Origin: Paragordius varius
Lineage: Eukaryota > Animalia > Nematomorpha
Length of the DNA: 64,000 bases
Assembly: GCA_964247055.1 (NCBI GenBank)
Contig: OZ176051.1
Span: forward strand, 124,001-188,000
Direction: 5' to 3'
The notes below the pieces were generated by a model. It searched no databases, was not told the DNA's origin, and saw only the letters and a list, made by a program, of their open reading frames with translations. The translations under genes were made by a program, and so were the position numbers. Positions 12,401 through 27,400 of this stretch are shown piece after piece (the first letter of the stretch is position 1; each line of letters begins with the position of its first letter).

Positions 12401-15400
12401 TTTTTTGGGTAGCCCTATGGTAGTTCCATCATCACCCCAAATATTTTCGAGATCGGAGTATAAATCAAATTTTTATGAATTTTTTAAATATTTAAAAAAT
12501 TTATTTTATACGATTTTAAAAATAAAAATGGCTACCTATCCAAATTTGATCAGGTGATGTCGCCATATATTTTTTTTGGGTAGCCCTATGGTAGTTCCAT
12601 CATCACCCTAAATATTTTGGGGATCGGACTATAAATGTAATTTTTATGAATTTTTTAAATATTTAAAAAATTTATTTTAGACGATTTTAAAAATAAAAAT
12701 GGCTATCTAAAATCCAAATTTGATCAGGTGATGTCACCATAATTTTTTTTGGGTAGCCCTATGGTAGTTCCATCATCACCCCAAATATTGTCGAGATCGG
12801 AGTATAAATGTAATTTTTTTGAATTTTTTAAATGTTTAAAAAATTTATTTTATACGATTTTAAAAATAAAACTGGCTACCTAAAATCCAAATTTGATCAG
12901 GTGATGTCGCCATAATTTTTTTTGCGTAGCCCTATGGTAGTTCTATCATCACCCCAAATATTTTTGGGATCGGAGTATAAATGTAATTTTTATGAATTTT
13001 TTAAATATTTAAAAAATTTATTTTATACGATTTTAAAAATAAAAATGGCTACCTAAAATCCAAATTTGATCAGGTGATGTCACCATAATTTTTTTTGGGT
13101 AGCCCTATGGTAGTTCCATCATCACCCCAAATATTGTCGAGATCGGAGTATAAATGTAATTTTTTTGAATTTTTTCAATATTTAAAAAATTTATTTTATA
13201 CGATTTTAAAAATAAAAATGGCTACCTAAAATCCAAATTTGATCAGGTGATGTCGCCATAATTTTTTTTGCGTAGCCCTATGGTAGTTTCATCATCACCC
13301 CAAATATTTTGGGGATCGGACTAAATATGTAATTTTTATGAATTTTTTAAATATTTAAAAAATTTATTTTATACGATTTTAAAAATAAAAATGGCTACCT
13401 AAAATCCAAATTTGATCAGGTGATGATTTTGGGTAGCCCTATGGTAGTTCCATCATCACCCCAAATATTTTCGAGATCGGAGTATAAATGTAATTTTTAT
13501 GAATTTTTTAAATATTTAAAAAATTTATTTTATACGATTTTAAAAATAAAAATGGCTACCTAAAATCCAAATTTGATCAGGTGATGTCACCATAATTTTT
13601 TTTGGGTAGCCCTATGGTAGTTCCATCATCACACCAAATATTTTCGAGATCGGAGTATAAATGTAATTTTTATGAATTTTTTAAATATTTAAAAAATTTA
13701 TTTTATACGATTTTAAAAATAAAAATGGCTACCTAAAATCCAAATTTGATCAGGTGATGTCGCCATAATTTTTTTTGGGTAGCCCTATGGTAGTTCCATC
13801 ATCACCCCAAATATTTTCGAGATCGGAGTATAAATCAAATTTTTATGAATTTTTTAAATATTTAAAAAATTTATTTTATACGATTTTAAAAATAAAAATG
13901 GCTACCTATCCAAATTTGATCAGGTGATGTCGCCATATATTTTTTTTGGGTAGCCCTATGGTAGTTCCATCATCACCCTAAATATTTTGGGGATCGGACT
14001 ATAAATGTAATTTTTATGAATTTTTTAAATATTTAAAAAATTTATTTTAGACGATTTTAAAAATAAAAATGGCTATCTAAAATCCAAATTTGATCAGGTG
14101 ATGTCACCATAATTTTTTTTGGGTAGCCCTATGGTAGTTCCATCATCACCCCAAATATTGTCGAGATCGGAGTATAAATGTAATTTTTTTGAATTTTTTA
14201 AATGTTTAAAAAATTTATTTTATACGATTTTAAAAATAAAACTGGCTACCTAAAATCCAAATTTGATCAGGTGATGTCGCCATAATTTTTTTTGCGTAGC
14301 CCTATGGTAGTTCTATCATCACCCCAAATATTTTTGGGATCGGACTATAAATGTAATTTTTATGAATTTTTTAAATATTTAAAAAATTTATTTTATACGA
14401 TTTTAAAAATAAAAATGGCTACCTAAAATCCAAATTTGATCAGGTGATGTCGCCATAATTTTTTTTGGGTAGCCCTATGGTAGTTCCATCATCACCCCAA
14501 ATATTTTGGGGATCGGACTATAAATGTAATTTTTATGAATTTTTTAAATATTTAAAAAATTTATTTTATACGATTTTAAAAATAAAAATGGCTACCTAAA
14601 ATCCAAATTTTATCAGGTGATGTCTTCATAATTTTTTTGGGTAGCCCTATGGTAGTTCCATCATCACCCCAAATATTTTGGGGATCGGACTATAAATGTA
14701 ATTTTTATGAATTTTTTAAATATTTAAAAAATTTATTTTATTCGATTTTAAAAATAAAAATGGCTACCTAAAATCCAAATTTGATCAGGTGATGTCACTA
14801 TAATTTTTTTGGGTAGCCCTATGGTAGTTCCATCATCACCTCAAATATTTTGGGGATCGGACTATAAATGTAGTTTTTATTAATTTTTTAAATATTTAAA
14901 AAATTTATTTTATACGATTTTAAAAATAAAAATGGCTACCTAAAATCCAAATTTGATCAGGTGATGTCACCATATTTTTTTTTGGGTAGCCCTATGGTAG
15001 TTCCATCATCACCCCAAATATTTTCGAGATCGGAGTATAAATGTAATTTTTATGAATTTTTTAAATATTTAAAAAATTTATTTTATACGATTTTAAAAAT
15101 AAAAATGGCTACCTAAAATCCAAATTTGATCAGGTGATGTCGCCATAATTTTTTTTGGGTAGCCCTATGGTAGTTCCATCATCACCCCAAATATTTTCGA
15201 GATCGGAGTATAAATGTAATTTTTATGAATTTTTTAAATATTTAAAAAATTTATTTTATACGATTTTAAAAATAAAAATGGCTACCTATCCAAATTTGAT
15301 CAGGTGATGTCGCCATAATTTTTTTTGGGTAGCCCTATGGTAGTTCCATCATCACCCTAAATATTTTGGGGATCGGACTATAAATGTAATTTTTATGAAT
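9461..15400. repeat. Array domain B: nested 6/8/14-monomer duplications with markers gatgattttggg, ttttagacga, tataaatcaaa, ggactaaatatg, cacaccaaa
   Basis: Marker spacings of 2405 bp (10771/13176, 11021/13426, 11645/14050), 1035 bp (11645/12680) and 1370 bp (12680/14050). Boundaries are approximate. Confidence 0.75.
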
Positions 15401-18400
15401 TTTTTAAATATTTAAAAAATTTATTTTATACGATTTTAAAAATAAAAATGGCTATCTAAAATCCAAATTTGATCAGGTGATGTCACCATAATTTTTTTTG
15501 GGTAGCCCTATGGTAGTTCCATCATCACCCCAAATATTGTCGAGATCGGAGTATAAATGTAATTTTTTTGAATTTTTTAAATTATTAAAAAATTTATTTT
15601 ATACGATTTTAAAAATAAAAATGGCTACCTAAAATCCAAATTTGATCAGGTGATGTCGCCATAATTTTTTTTGCGTAGCCCTATGGTAGTTCTATCATCA
15701 CCCCAAATATTTTGGGGATCGGACTATAAATCTAATTTTTATGAATTTTTTAAATATTTAAAAAATTTATTTTATACGATTTTAAAAATAAAAATGGCTA
15801 CCTAAAATCCAAATTTGATCAGGTGATGTCGCCATAATTTTTTTTGGGTAGCCCTATGGTAGTTCCATCATCACCCCAAATATTTTGGGGATCGTACTAT
15901 AAATGTAATTTTTATGAATTTTTTAAATATTTAAAGAATTTATTTTATACGATTTTAAAAATAAAAATGGCTACCTAAAATCCAAATTTTATCAGGTGAT
16001 GTCTTCATAATTTTTTTTGGGTAGCCCTATGGTAGTTCCATCATCACCCCAAATATTTTGGGGATCGGACTATAAATGTAATTTTTATGAATTTTTTAAA
16101 TATTTAAAAAATTTATTTTATACGATTTTAAAAATAAAAATGGCTACCTAAAATCCAAATTTGATCAGGTGATGTCACTATAATTTTTTTGGGTAGCCCT
16201 ATGGTAGTTCCATCATCACCTCAAATATTTTGGGGATCGGACTATAAATGTAATTTTTATGAATTTTTTAAATATTTAAAAAATTTATTTTATACGATTT
16301 TAAAAATAAAAATGGCTACCTAAAATCCAAATTTGATCAGGTGATGTCACCATATTTTTTTTTGGGTAGCCCTATGGTAGTTCCATCATCACCCCAAATA
16401 TTTTCGAGATCAATGTATAAATGTAATTTTTATGAATTTTTTAAATATTTAAAAAATTTATTTTATACGATTTTAAAAATAAAAATGGCTACCGAAAATC
16501 CAAATTTGATCAGGTGATGTCGCCATAATTTTTTTTGGGTAGCCCTATAGTAGTTCCATCATCACCCCAAATATTTTTGAGATCGGAGTATAAATGTAAT
16601 TTTTATGAATTTTTTAAATATTTAAAAAATTTATTTTATACGATTTTAAAAATAAAAATGGCTACCTAAAATCCAAATTTGATCAGGTGATGTCACCATA
16701 ATTTTTTTTGGGTAGACCTATGGTAGTTCCATCATCACCCCAAATATTGTCGAGATCGGAGTATAAATGTAATTTTTATGAATATTTTAAATATTTAAAA
16801 AATTTATTTTATACGATTTTAAAAATAAAAATGGATACCTAAAATTCAAATTTGATCAGGTGATGTCACTATAATTTTTTTGGGTAGCCCTATGGTAGTT
16901 CCATCATCACCCCAAATATTTTCGAGATCGGAGTATAAATGTAATTTTTATGAATTTTTTAAATATTTAAAAAATTTATTTTATACGATATTAAAAATAA
17001 AAATGGCTACCTAAAATAGAAATTTTATCAGGTGATGTCACCATAATTTTTTTTGGGTAGCCCTATGGTGATTCCATCATCACTCCAAATATTGTCGAGA
17101 TCGGAGTATAAATGTAATTTTTTTGAATTTTTTAAATATTTAAAAAATTTATTTTATACGATTTTAAAAATAAAAATGGCTACCTAAAATCCAAATTTGA
17201 TCAGGTGATGTCTCTATAATTTTTTTTGGGTAGCCCTATGGTAGTTCCATCATCACCCCAAATATTTTGGGGATCGGACTATAAATGTAATTTTTATGAA
17301 TTTTTTAAATATTTAAAAAATTTATTTTATACGATTTTAAAAATAAAAATGGCTACCTAATATCCGAATTTAATCAGGTGATGTCACCATAATTTTTTTT
17401 GGGTAGCCCTATGGTAGTTCCATCATCACCCCAAATGTTTTCGAGATCGGAGTATAAATGTAATTTTTATGAATTTTTTAAATATTTAAAAAATTTATTT
17501 TATACGATTTTAAAAATAAATGGCTACCTAAAATCCAAATTTGATCAGGTGATGTCACCATAATTTTTTTTGGGTAGCCCTATGGTAGTTCCATCATCAC
17601 CCCAAATATTTTCGAGATCGGAGTATAAATGTAATTTTTATGAATTTTTTAAATATTTAAAAAATTTATTTTATACGATTTTAAAAAAAAAATGACTACC
17701 TATCCAAATTTGATCAGGTGATGTCACCATAATTTTTTTTGGGTAGCCCTATGGTAATTCCATCATGACCCCCAATATTGTCGAGATCGGAGTATAAATG
17801 TAATTTTTTTGAATTTTTTAAATATTTAAAAAATTTATTTTATACGATTTTAAAAATAAAAATGGCTACCTAAAATCCAAATTTGATCAGGTGATGTCTT
17901 TGGGTAGCCATATGGTAGTTCCATCATCACCCCAAATATTTTGGGGATAGGACTATAAATGTAATTTTTATGAATTTTTTAAATATTTAAAAAATTTATT
18001 TTATACGATTTTAAAAATAAAAATGGCTACCTAAAATCCAAATTTGATCAGGTGATGTCTCCATAATTTTTTTTGGGTAGCCCTATGGTAATTCCATCAT
18101 CACCCCAAATATTTTGGGGATCGGACTATAAATGTAATTTTTATGAATTTTTTAAATATTTAAAAAATTTATTTTATACGATTTTAAAAATAAAAATGGC
18201 TACCTAAAATCCAAATTTGATCAGGTGATGTCACTATAATTTTTTTGGGTAGCCCTATGGTAGTTCCATCATCACCTCAAATATTTTGAGGATCGGACTA
18301 TAAATGTAATTTTTATGAATTTTTTAAATATTTAAAAAATTTATTTTATACGATTTTAAAAATAAAAATGGCTACCTAAAATGCAAATTTGATCAGGTGA

Positions 18401-21400
18401 TGTCACTATAATTTTTTTGGGTAGCCCTATGGTAGTTCCATCATCACATCAAATATTTTCGAGATCGGAGTATAAATGTAATTTTTATGAATTTTTTAAA
18501 TATTTAAAAAATTTATTTTATACGATTTTAAAAATAAAAATGGCTACCTAAAATCCAAATTTGATCAGGTGATGTCACTATAATTTTTTTGGGTAGCCCT
18601 ATGGTAGTTCCATCATCACCCCAAATATTTTGGGGATCCTATAAATGTAATTTTTATGAATTTAAATATTTAAAAAATTTATTTTATACGATTTTAAAAA
18701 AAAATAGCTACCTAAAATCCAAATTTGATCAGGTGATGTCGCCATAATTTTTTTTGGGTAGCCCTATGGTAGTTCCATCATCACCCCAAATATTTTCGAG
18801 ATCGGAGTATAAATGTAATTTTTATGAATTTTTTAAATATTTAAAAAATTTATTTTATACGATATTAAAAATAAAAATGGCTACCTAAAATCCAAATTTG
18901 ATCAGATGCACTATAATTTTTTTTGGGTAGCCCTATGGTAGTTCCATCATCACCCCAAATATTTTCGAGATCGGAGTATAAATGTAATTTTTATGAATTT
19001 TTTAAATATTTAAAAAATTTATTTTATACGATTTTAAAAATAAAAATGGCTACCTAAAATCCAAATTTGATCAGGTGATGTCACTATAATTTTTTTGGGT
19101 AGCCCTATGGTAGTTCCATCATCACCCCAAATATTTTGGGGATCGGACTATAAATGTAATTTTTATGAATTTTTTAAATATTTAAAAAATTTATTTTATA
19201 CGATTTTAAAAATAAAAATGGCTACCTAAAATCCAAATTTGATCAGGTGATGTCGCCATAATTTTTTTTGGGTAGCCCTATGGTAGTTCCATCATCACCC
19301 CAAATATTTTCGAGATCGGAGTATAAATGTAATTTTTATGAATTTTTTAAATATTTAAAAAATTTATTTTATACGATTTTAAAAATAAAAATGGCTACCT
19401 AAAATCCAAATTTGATCAGGTGATGTCGCCATAATTTCTTGGGTAGCCCTATGGTAGTTCCATCATCACCCCAAATATTTTGGGGATCGGACTATAAATG
19501 TAATTTTTATGAATTTTTTAAATATTTAAAAAATTTATTTTATACGATTTTAAAAATAAAAATGGCTACCTAAAATCCAAATTTGATCAGGTGATGTCAC
19601 TATAATTTTTTTGGGTAGCCCTATGGTAGTTCCATCATCACCCCAAATATTTTCGAGATCGGAGTATAAATGTAATTTTTATGAATTTTTTAAATATTTA
19701 AAAAATTTATTTTATACGATATTAAAAATAAAAATGGCTACCTAAAATCCAAATTTGATCAGGAGATGTCACCATAATTTTTTTTGGGTAGCCCTATGGT
19801 AATTCCATCATCACCCCAAATATTGTCGAGATCGGAATATAAATGTAATTTTTATGAATTTTTTAAATATATAAAAAATTTATTTTATACGATTTTAAAA
19901 ATAAAAATGGCTACCTAAAATCCAAATTTGATCAGGTGATGTCACCATAATTTTTTTTGGGTAGCCCTATGGTAATTCCATCATCACCCCAAATATTGTC
20001 GAGATCGGAGTATAAATGTAATTTTTTTGAATTTTTTAAATATTTAAAAAATTTATTTTATACGATTTTAAAAAGAAAAATGGCTACCTAAAATCCAAAT
20101 TTGATCAGGTGATGTCTCCATAATTTTTTTTGGGTATCCCTATGGTAGTTCCATCATCACCCCAAATATTTTTGGGATGGGACTATAAATGTAATTTTTA
20201 TCAATTTTTTAAATATTTAAAAAATTTATTTTATACGATTTTAAAAATAAAAATGGCTACCTAAAATCCAAATTTGATCAGGGGATGTCACTATAATTTT
20301 TTTGGGTAGCCCCATGGTAGTTCCATCATCACCTCAAATATTTTGGGGATCGGACTATAAATGTAATTTTTATGAATTTTTTAAATATTTAAAAAATTTA
20401 TTTTATACGATTTTAAAAATAAAAATGGCTACCTAAAATCCAAATTTGATCAGGTGATGTCACTATAATTTTTTTGGGTAGCCCTATGGTAGTTCCATCA
20501 TCACCCCAAATATTTTGGGGATCCTATAAATGTAATTTTTATGAATTTTTTAAATATTTAAAAAATTTATTTTATACGATTTTAAAAATAAAAATAGCTA
20601 ACTAAAATCCAAATTTGATCAGGTGATGTCGCCATAATTTTTTTTGGGTAGCCCTATGGTAGTTAAATCATCACCCCAAATATTTTCGAGATCGGAGTAT
20701 AAATGTAATTTTTATGAATTTTTTAAATATTTAAAAAATTTATTTTATACGATATTAAAAATAAAAATGGCTACCTAAAATCCAAATTTGATCAGATGCA
20801 CTATAATTTTTTTTGGGTAGCCCTATGGTAGTTCCATCATCACTCCAAATATTTTCGAGATCGGAGTATAAATGTAATTTTTATGAATTTTTTAAATATT
20901 TAAAAAATTTATTTTATACGATTTTAAAAATAAAAATGGCTACCTAAAATCCAAATTTGATCAGGTGATGTCACTATAATTTTTTTGGGTAGCCCTATGG
21001 TAGTTCCATCATCACCCCAAATATTTTGGGGATCGGACTATAAATGTAATTTTTATGAATTTTTTAAATATTTAAAAAATTTATTTTATACGATTTTAAA
21101 AATAAAAATGGCTACCTAAAATCCAAATTTGATCAGGTGATGTCGCCATAATTTTTTTTGGGTAGCCCTATGGTAGTTCCATCATCACCCCAAATATTTT
21201 CGAGATCGGAGTATAAATGTAATTTTTATGAATTTTTTAAATATTTAAAAAATTTATTTTATACGATTTTAAAAATAAAAATGGCTATCTAAAATCCAAA
21301 TTTGATCAGGTGATGTCACCATAATTTTTTTTGGGTAGCCCTATGGTAGTTCCATCATCACCCCAAATATTGTCGAGATCGGAGTATAAATGTAATTTTT

Positions 21401-24400
21401 TTGAATTTTTTAAATTATTAAAAAATTTATTTTATACGATTTTAAAAATAAAAATGGCTACCTAAAATCCAAATTTGATCAGGTGATGTCGCCATAATTT
21501 TTTTTGCGTAGCCCTATGGTAGTTCTATCATCACCCCAAATATTTTGGGGATCGGACTATAAATCTAATTTTTATGAATTTTTTAAATATTTAAAAAATT
21601 TATTTTATACGATTTTAAAAATAAAAATGGCTACCTAAAATCCAAATTTGATCAGGTGATGTCGCCATAATTTTTTTTGGGTAGCCCTATGGTAGTTCCA
21701 TCATCACCCCAAATATTTTGGGGATCGTACTATAAATGTAATTTTTATGAATTTTTTAAATATTTAAAGAATTAATTTTATACGATTTTAAAAATAAAAA
21801 TGGCTACCTAAAATCCAAATTTGATCAGGTGATGTCTTCATAATTTTTTTTGGGTAGCCCTATGGTAGTTCCATCATCACCCCAAATATTTTTGGGATGG
21901 GACTATAAATGTAATTTTTATCAATTTTTTAAATATTTAAAAAATTTATTTTATACGATTTTAAAAATAAAAATGGCTACCTAAAATCCAAATTTGATCA
22001 GGTGATGTCACTATAATTTTTTTGGGTAGCCCCATGGTAGTTCCATCATCACCTCAAATATTTTGGGGATCGGACTATAAATGTAATTTTTATGAATTTT
22101 TTAAATATTTAAAAAATTTATTTTATACGATTTTAAAAATAAAAATGGCTACCTAAAATCCAAATTTGATCAGGTGATGTCACCATAATTTTTTTTGGGT
22201 AGCCCTATGGTAGTTCCATCATCACATCAAATATTTTCGAGATCGGAGTATAAATGTAATTTTTATGAATTTTTTAAATATTTAAAAAATTTATTTTATA
22301 CGATTTTAAAAATAAAAATGGCTACCTAAAATCCAAATTTGATCAGGTGATGTCACTATAATTTTTTTGGGTAGCCCTATGGTAGTTCCATCATCACCCC
22401 AAATATTTTGGGGATCCTATAAATGTAATTTTTATGAATTTTTTAAATATTTAAAAAATTTATTTTATACGATTTTAAAAATAAAAATAGCTAACTAAAA
22501 TCCAAATTTGATCAGGTGATGTCGCCATAATTTTTTTTGGGTAGCCCTATGGTAGTTACATCATCACCCCAAATATTTTCGAGATCGGAGTATAAATGTA
22601 ATTTTTATGAATTTTTTAAATATTTAAAAAATTTATTTTATACGATATTAAAAATAAAAATGGCTACCTAAAATCCAAATTTGATCAGATGCACTATAAT
22701 TTTTTTTGGGTAGCCCTATGGTAGTTCCATCATCACTCCAAATATTTTCGAGATCGGAGTATAAATGTAATTTTTATGAATTTTTTAAATATTTAAAAAA
22801 TTTATTTTATACGATTTTAAAAATAAAAATGGCTATCTAAAATCCAAATTTGATCAGGTGATGTCACCATAATTTTTTTTGGGTAGCCCTATGGTAGTTC
22901 CATCATCACCCCAAATATTGTCGAGATCGGAGTATAAATGTAATTTTTTTGAATTTTTTAAATTATTAAAAAATTTATTTTATACGATTTTAAAAATAAA
23001 AATGGCTAACTAAAATCCAAATTTGATCAGGTGATGTCGCCATAATTTTTTTTGCGTAGCCCTATGGTAGTTCTATCATCACCCCAAATATTTTGGGGAT
23101 CGGACTATAAATCTAATTTTTATGAATTTTTTAAATATTTAAAAAATTTATTTTATACGATTTTAAAAATAAAAATGGCTACCTAAAATCCAAATTTGAT
23201 CAGGTGATGTCGCCATAATTTTTTTTGGGTAGCCCTATGGTAGTTCCATCATCACCCCAAATATTTTGGGGATCGTACTATAAATGTAATTTTTATGAAT
23301 TTTTTAAATATTTAAAGAATTTATTTTATACGATTTTAAAAATAAAAATGGCTACCTAAAATCCAAATTTTATCAGGTGATGTCTTCATAATTTTTTTTG
23401 GGTAGCCCTATGGTAGTTCCATCATCACCCCAAATATTTTGGGGATCGGACTATAAATGTAATTTTTATGAATTTTTTAAATATTTAAAAAATTTATTTT
23501 ATACGATTTTAAAAATAAAAATGGCTACCTAAAATCCAAATTTGATCAGGTGATGTCACTATAATTTTTTTGGGTAGCCCTATGGTAGTTCCATCATCAC
23601 CTCAAATATTTTGGGGATCGGACTATAAATGTAATTTTTATGAATTTTTTAAATATTTAAAAAATTTATTTTATACGATTTTAAAAATAAAAATGGCTAC
23701 CTAAAATCCAAATTTGATCAGGTGATGTCACCATATTTTTTTTGGGTAGCCCTATGGTAGTTCCATCATCATCCCAAATATTTTCGAGATCAATGTATAA
23801 ATGTAATTTTTATGATTTTTTTAGATATTTAAAAAATTTATTTTATACGATTTTAAAAATAAAAATGGCTACCTAAAATCCAAATTTTATCAGGTGATGT
23901 CGCCATAATTTTTTTTGGGTAGCCCTATAGTAGTTCCATCATCACCCCAAATATTTTTGAGATCGGAGTATAAATGTAATTTTTATGAATTTTTTAAATA
24001 TTTAAAAAATTTATTTTATACGATTTTAAAAATAAAAATGGCTACCTAAAATCCAAATTTGATCAGGTGATGTCACCATAATTTTTTTTGGGTAGACCTA
24101 TGGTAGTTCCATCATCACCCCAAATATTGTCGAGATCGGAGTATAAATGTAATTTTTATGAATATTTTAAATATTTAAAAAATTTATTTTATACGATTTT
24201 AAAAATAAAAATGGATACCTAAAATTCAAATTTGATCAGGTGATGTCACTATAATTTTTTTGGGTAGCCCTATGGTAGTTCCATCATCACCCCAAATATT
24301 TTGGGGATCGGACTATAAATGTAATTTTTATGAATTTTTTAAATATTTAAAAAATTTATTTTATACGATTTTAAAAATAAAAATGGCTACCTAAAATCCG

Positions 24401-27400
24401 AATTTAATCAGGTGATGTCACCATAATTTTTTTTGGGTAGCCCTATGGTAGTTCCATCATCACCCCATGTTTTCGAGATCGGAGTATAAATGTAATTTTT
24501 ATGAATTTTTTAAATATTTAAAAAATTTATTTTATACGATTTTAAAAATAAATGGCTACCTAAAATCCAAATTTGATCAGGTGATGTCGCCATAATTTTT
24601 TTTGCGTAGCCCTATGGTAGTTCTATCATCACCCCAAATATTTTGGGGATCGGACTATAAATGTAATTTTTATGAATTTTTTAAATATTTAAAAAATTTA
24701 TTTTATACGATTTTAAAAAAAAAATGGCTACCTATCCAAATTTGATCAGGTGATGTCACCATAATTTTTTTTGGGTAGCCCTATGGTAATTCCATCATGA
24801 CCCCAAATATTGTCGAGATCGGAGTATAAATGTAATTTTTTTGAATTTTTTAAATATTTAAAAAATTTATTTTATACGATTTTAAAAATAAAAATGGCTA
24901 CCTAAAATCCAAATTTGATCAGGTGATGTCTTTGGGTAGCCATATGGTAGTTCCATCATCACCCCAAATATTTTGGGGATCGGACTATAAATGTAATTTT
25001 TATGAATTTTTTAAATATTTAAAAAATTTATTTTATACGATTTTAAAAATAAAAATGGCTACCTAAAATCCAAATTTGATCAGGTGATGTCTCCATAATT
25101 TTTTTTGGGTAGCCCTATGGTAGTTCCATCATCACCCCAAATATTTTGGGGATCGGACTATAAATGTAATTTTTATGAATTTTTTAAATATTTAAAAAAT
25201 TTATTTTATACGATTTTAAAAATAAAAATGGCTACCTAAAATCCAAATTTGATCAGGTGATGTCACTATAATTTTTTTGGGTAGCCCTATGGTAGTTCCA
25301 TCATCACCTCAAATATTTTGAGGATCGGACTATAAATGTAATTTTTATGAATTTTTTAAATATTTAAAAAATTTATTTTATACGATTTTAAAAATAAAAA
25401 TGGCTACCTAAAATGCAAATTTGATCAGGTGATGTCACTATAATTTTTTTGGGTAGCCCTATGGTAGTTCCATCATCACCCCAAATATTTTAGAGATCGG
25501 AGTATAAATGTAATTTTTATGAATTTTTTAAATATTTAAAAAATTTATTTTATACGATATTAAAAATAAAAATGGCTACCTAAAATCCAAATTTGATCAG
25601 GAGATGTCACCATAATTTTTTTTGGGTAGCCCTATGGTAATTCCATCATCACCCCAAATATTGTCCAGATCGGAATATAAATGTAATTTTTATGAATTTT
25701 TTAAATATTTAAAAAATTTATTTTATACGATTTTAAAAATAAAAATGGCTACCTAAAATCCAAATTTGATCAGGTGATGTCACCATAATTTTTTTTGGGT
25801 AGCCCTATGGTAATTCCATCATCACCCCAAATATTGTCGAGATCGGAGTACAAATGTAATTTTTTTGAATTTTTTAAATATTTAAAAAATTTATTTTATA
25901 CGATTTTAAAAATAAAAATGGCTACCTAAAATCCAAATTTGATCAGGTGATGTCTCCATAATTTTTTTTGGGTAGCCCTATGGTAGTTCCATCATCACCC
26001 CAAATATTTTGGGGATTGGACTATAAATGTAATTTTTATGAATTTTTTAAATATTTAAAAAATTTATTTTATACGATTTTAAAAATAAAAATGGCTACCT
26101 AAAATCCAAATTTGATCAGGTGATGTCACTATAATTTTTTGAATAGCCCTATGGTAGTTCCATCATCACCTCAAATATTTTGGGGATCGGACTATAAATG
26201 TAATTTTTATGAATTTTTTAAATATTTAAAAAATTTATTTTATACGATTTTAAAAATAAAAATGGCTACCTAAAATCCAAATTTGATCAGGTGATGTCAC
26301 TATAATTTTTTTGGGTAGCCCTATGGTAGTTCCATCATCACATCAAATATTTTCGAGATCGGAGTATAAATGTAATTTTTATGAATTTTTTAAATATTTA
26401 AAAAATTTATTTTATACGATTTTAAAAATAAAAATGGCTACCTAAAATCCAAATTTGATCAGGTGATGTCACTATAATTTTTTTGGGTAGCCCTATGGTA
26501 GTTCCATCATCACCCCAAATATTTTGGGGATCCTATAAATGTAATTTTTATGAATTTTTTAAATATTTAAAAAATTTATTTTATACGATTTTAAAAATAA
26601 AAATAGCTACCTAAAATCCAAATTTGATCAGGTGATGTCGCCATAATTTTTTTTGGGTAGCCCTATGGTAGTTCAATCATCACCCCAAATATTTTCGAGA
26701 TCGGAGTATAAATGTAATTTTTATGAATTTTTTAAATATTTAAAAAATTTATTTTATACGATATTAAAAATAAAAATGGCTACCTAAAATCCAAATTTGA
26801 TCAGATGCACTATAATTTTTTTTGGGTAGCCCTATGGTAGTTCCATCATCACCCCAAATATTTTCGAGATCGGAGTATAAATGTAATTTTTATGAATTTT
26901 TTAAATATTTAAAATATTTATTTTATACGATTTTAAAAATAAAAATGGCTACCTAAAATCCAAATTTGATCAGGTGATGTCACTATAATTTTTTTGGGTA
27001 GCCCTATGGTAGTTCCATCATCACCCCAAATATTTTGGGGATCGGACTATAAATGTAATTTTTATGAATTTTTTAAATATTTAAAAAATTTATTTTATAC
27101 GATTTTAAAAATAAAAATGGCTACCTAAAATCCAAATTTGATCAGGTGATGTCGCCATAATTTTTTTTGGGTAGCCCTATGGTAGTTCCATCATCACCCC
27201 GAATACTTTGGGGATCGGACTATAAATGTTATTTTTATGAATTTTTTAAATATTTAAAAAATTTATTTTATACGATATTAAAAATAAAAATGGCTACCTA
27301 AAATCCAAATTTGATCAGGTGATGTCACCATAATTTTTTTTGGGTAGCCCTATGGTAATTCCATCATGACCCCAAATATTGTCGAGATCGGAGTATAAAT

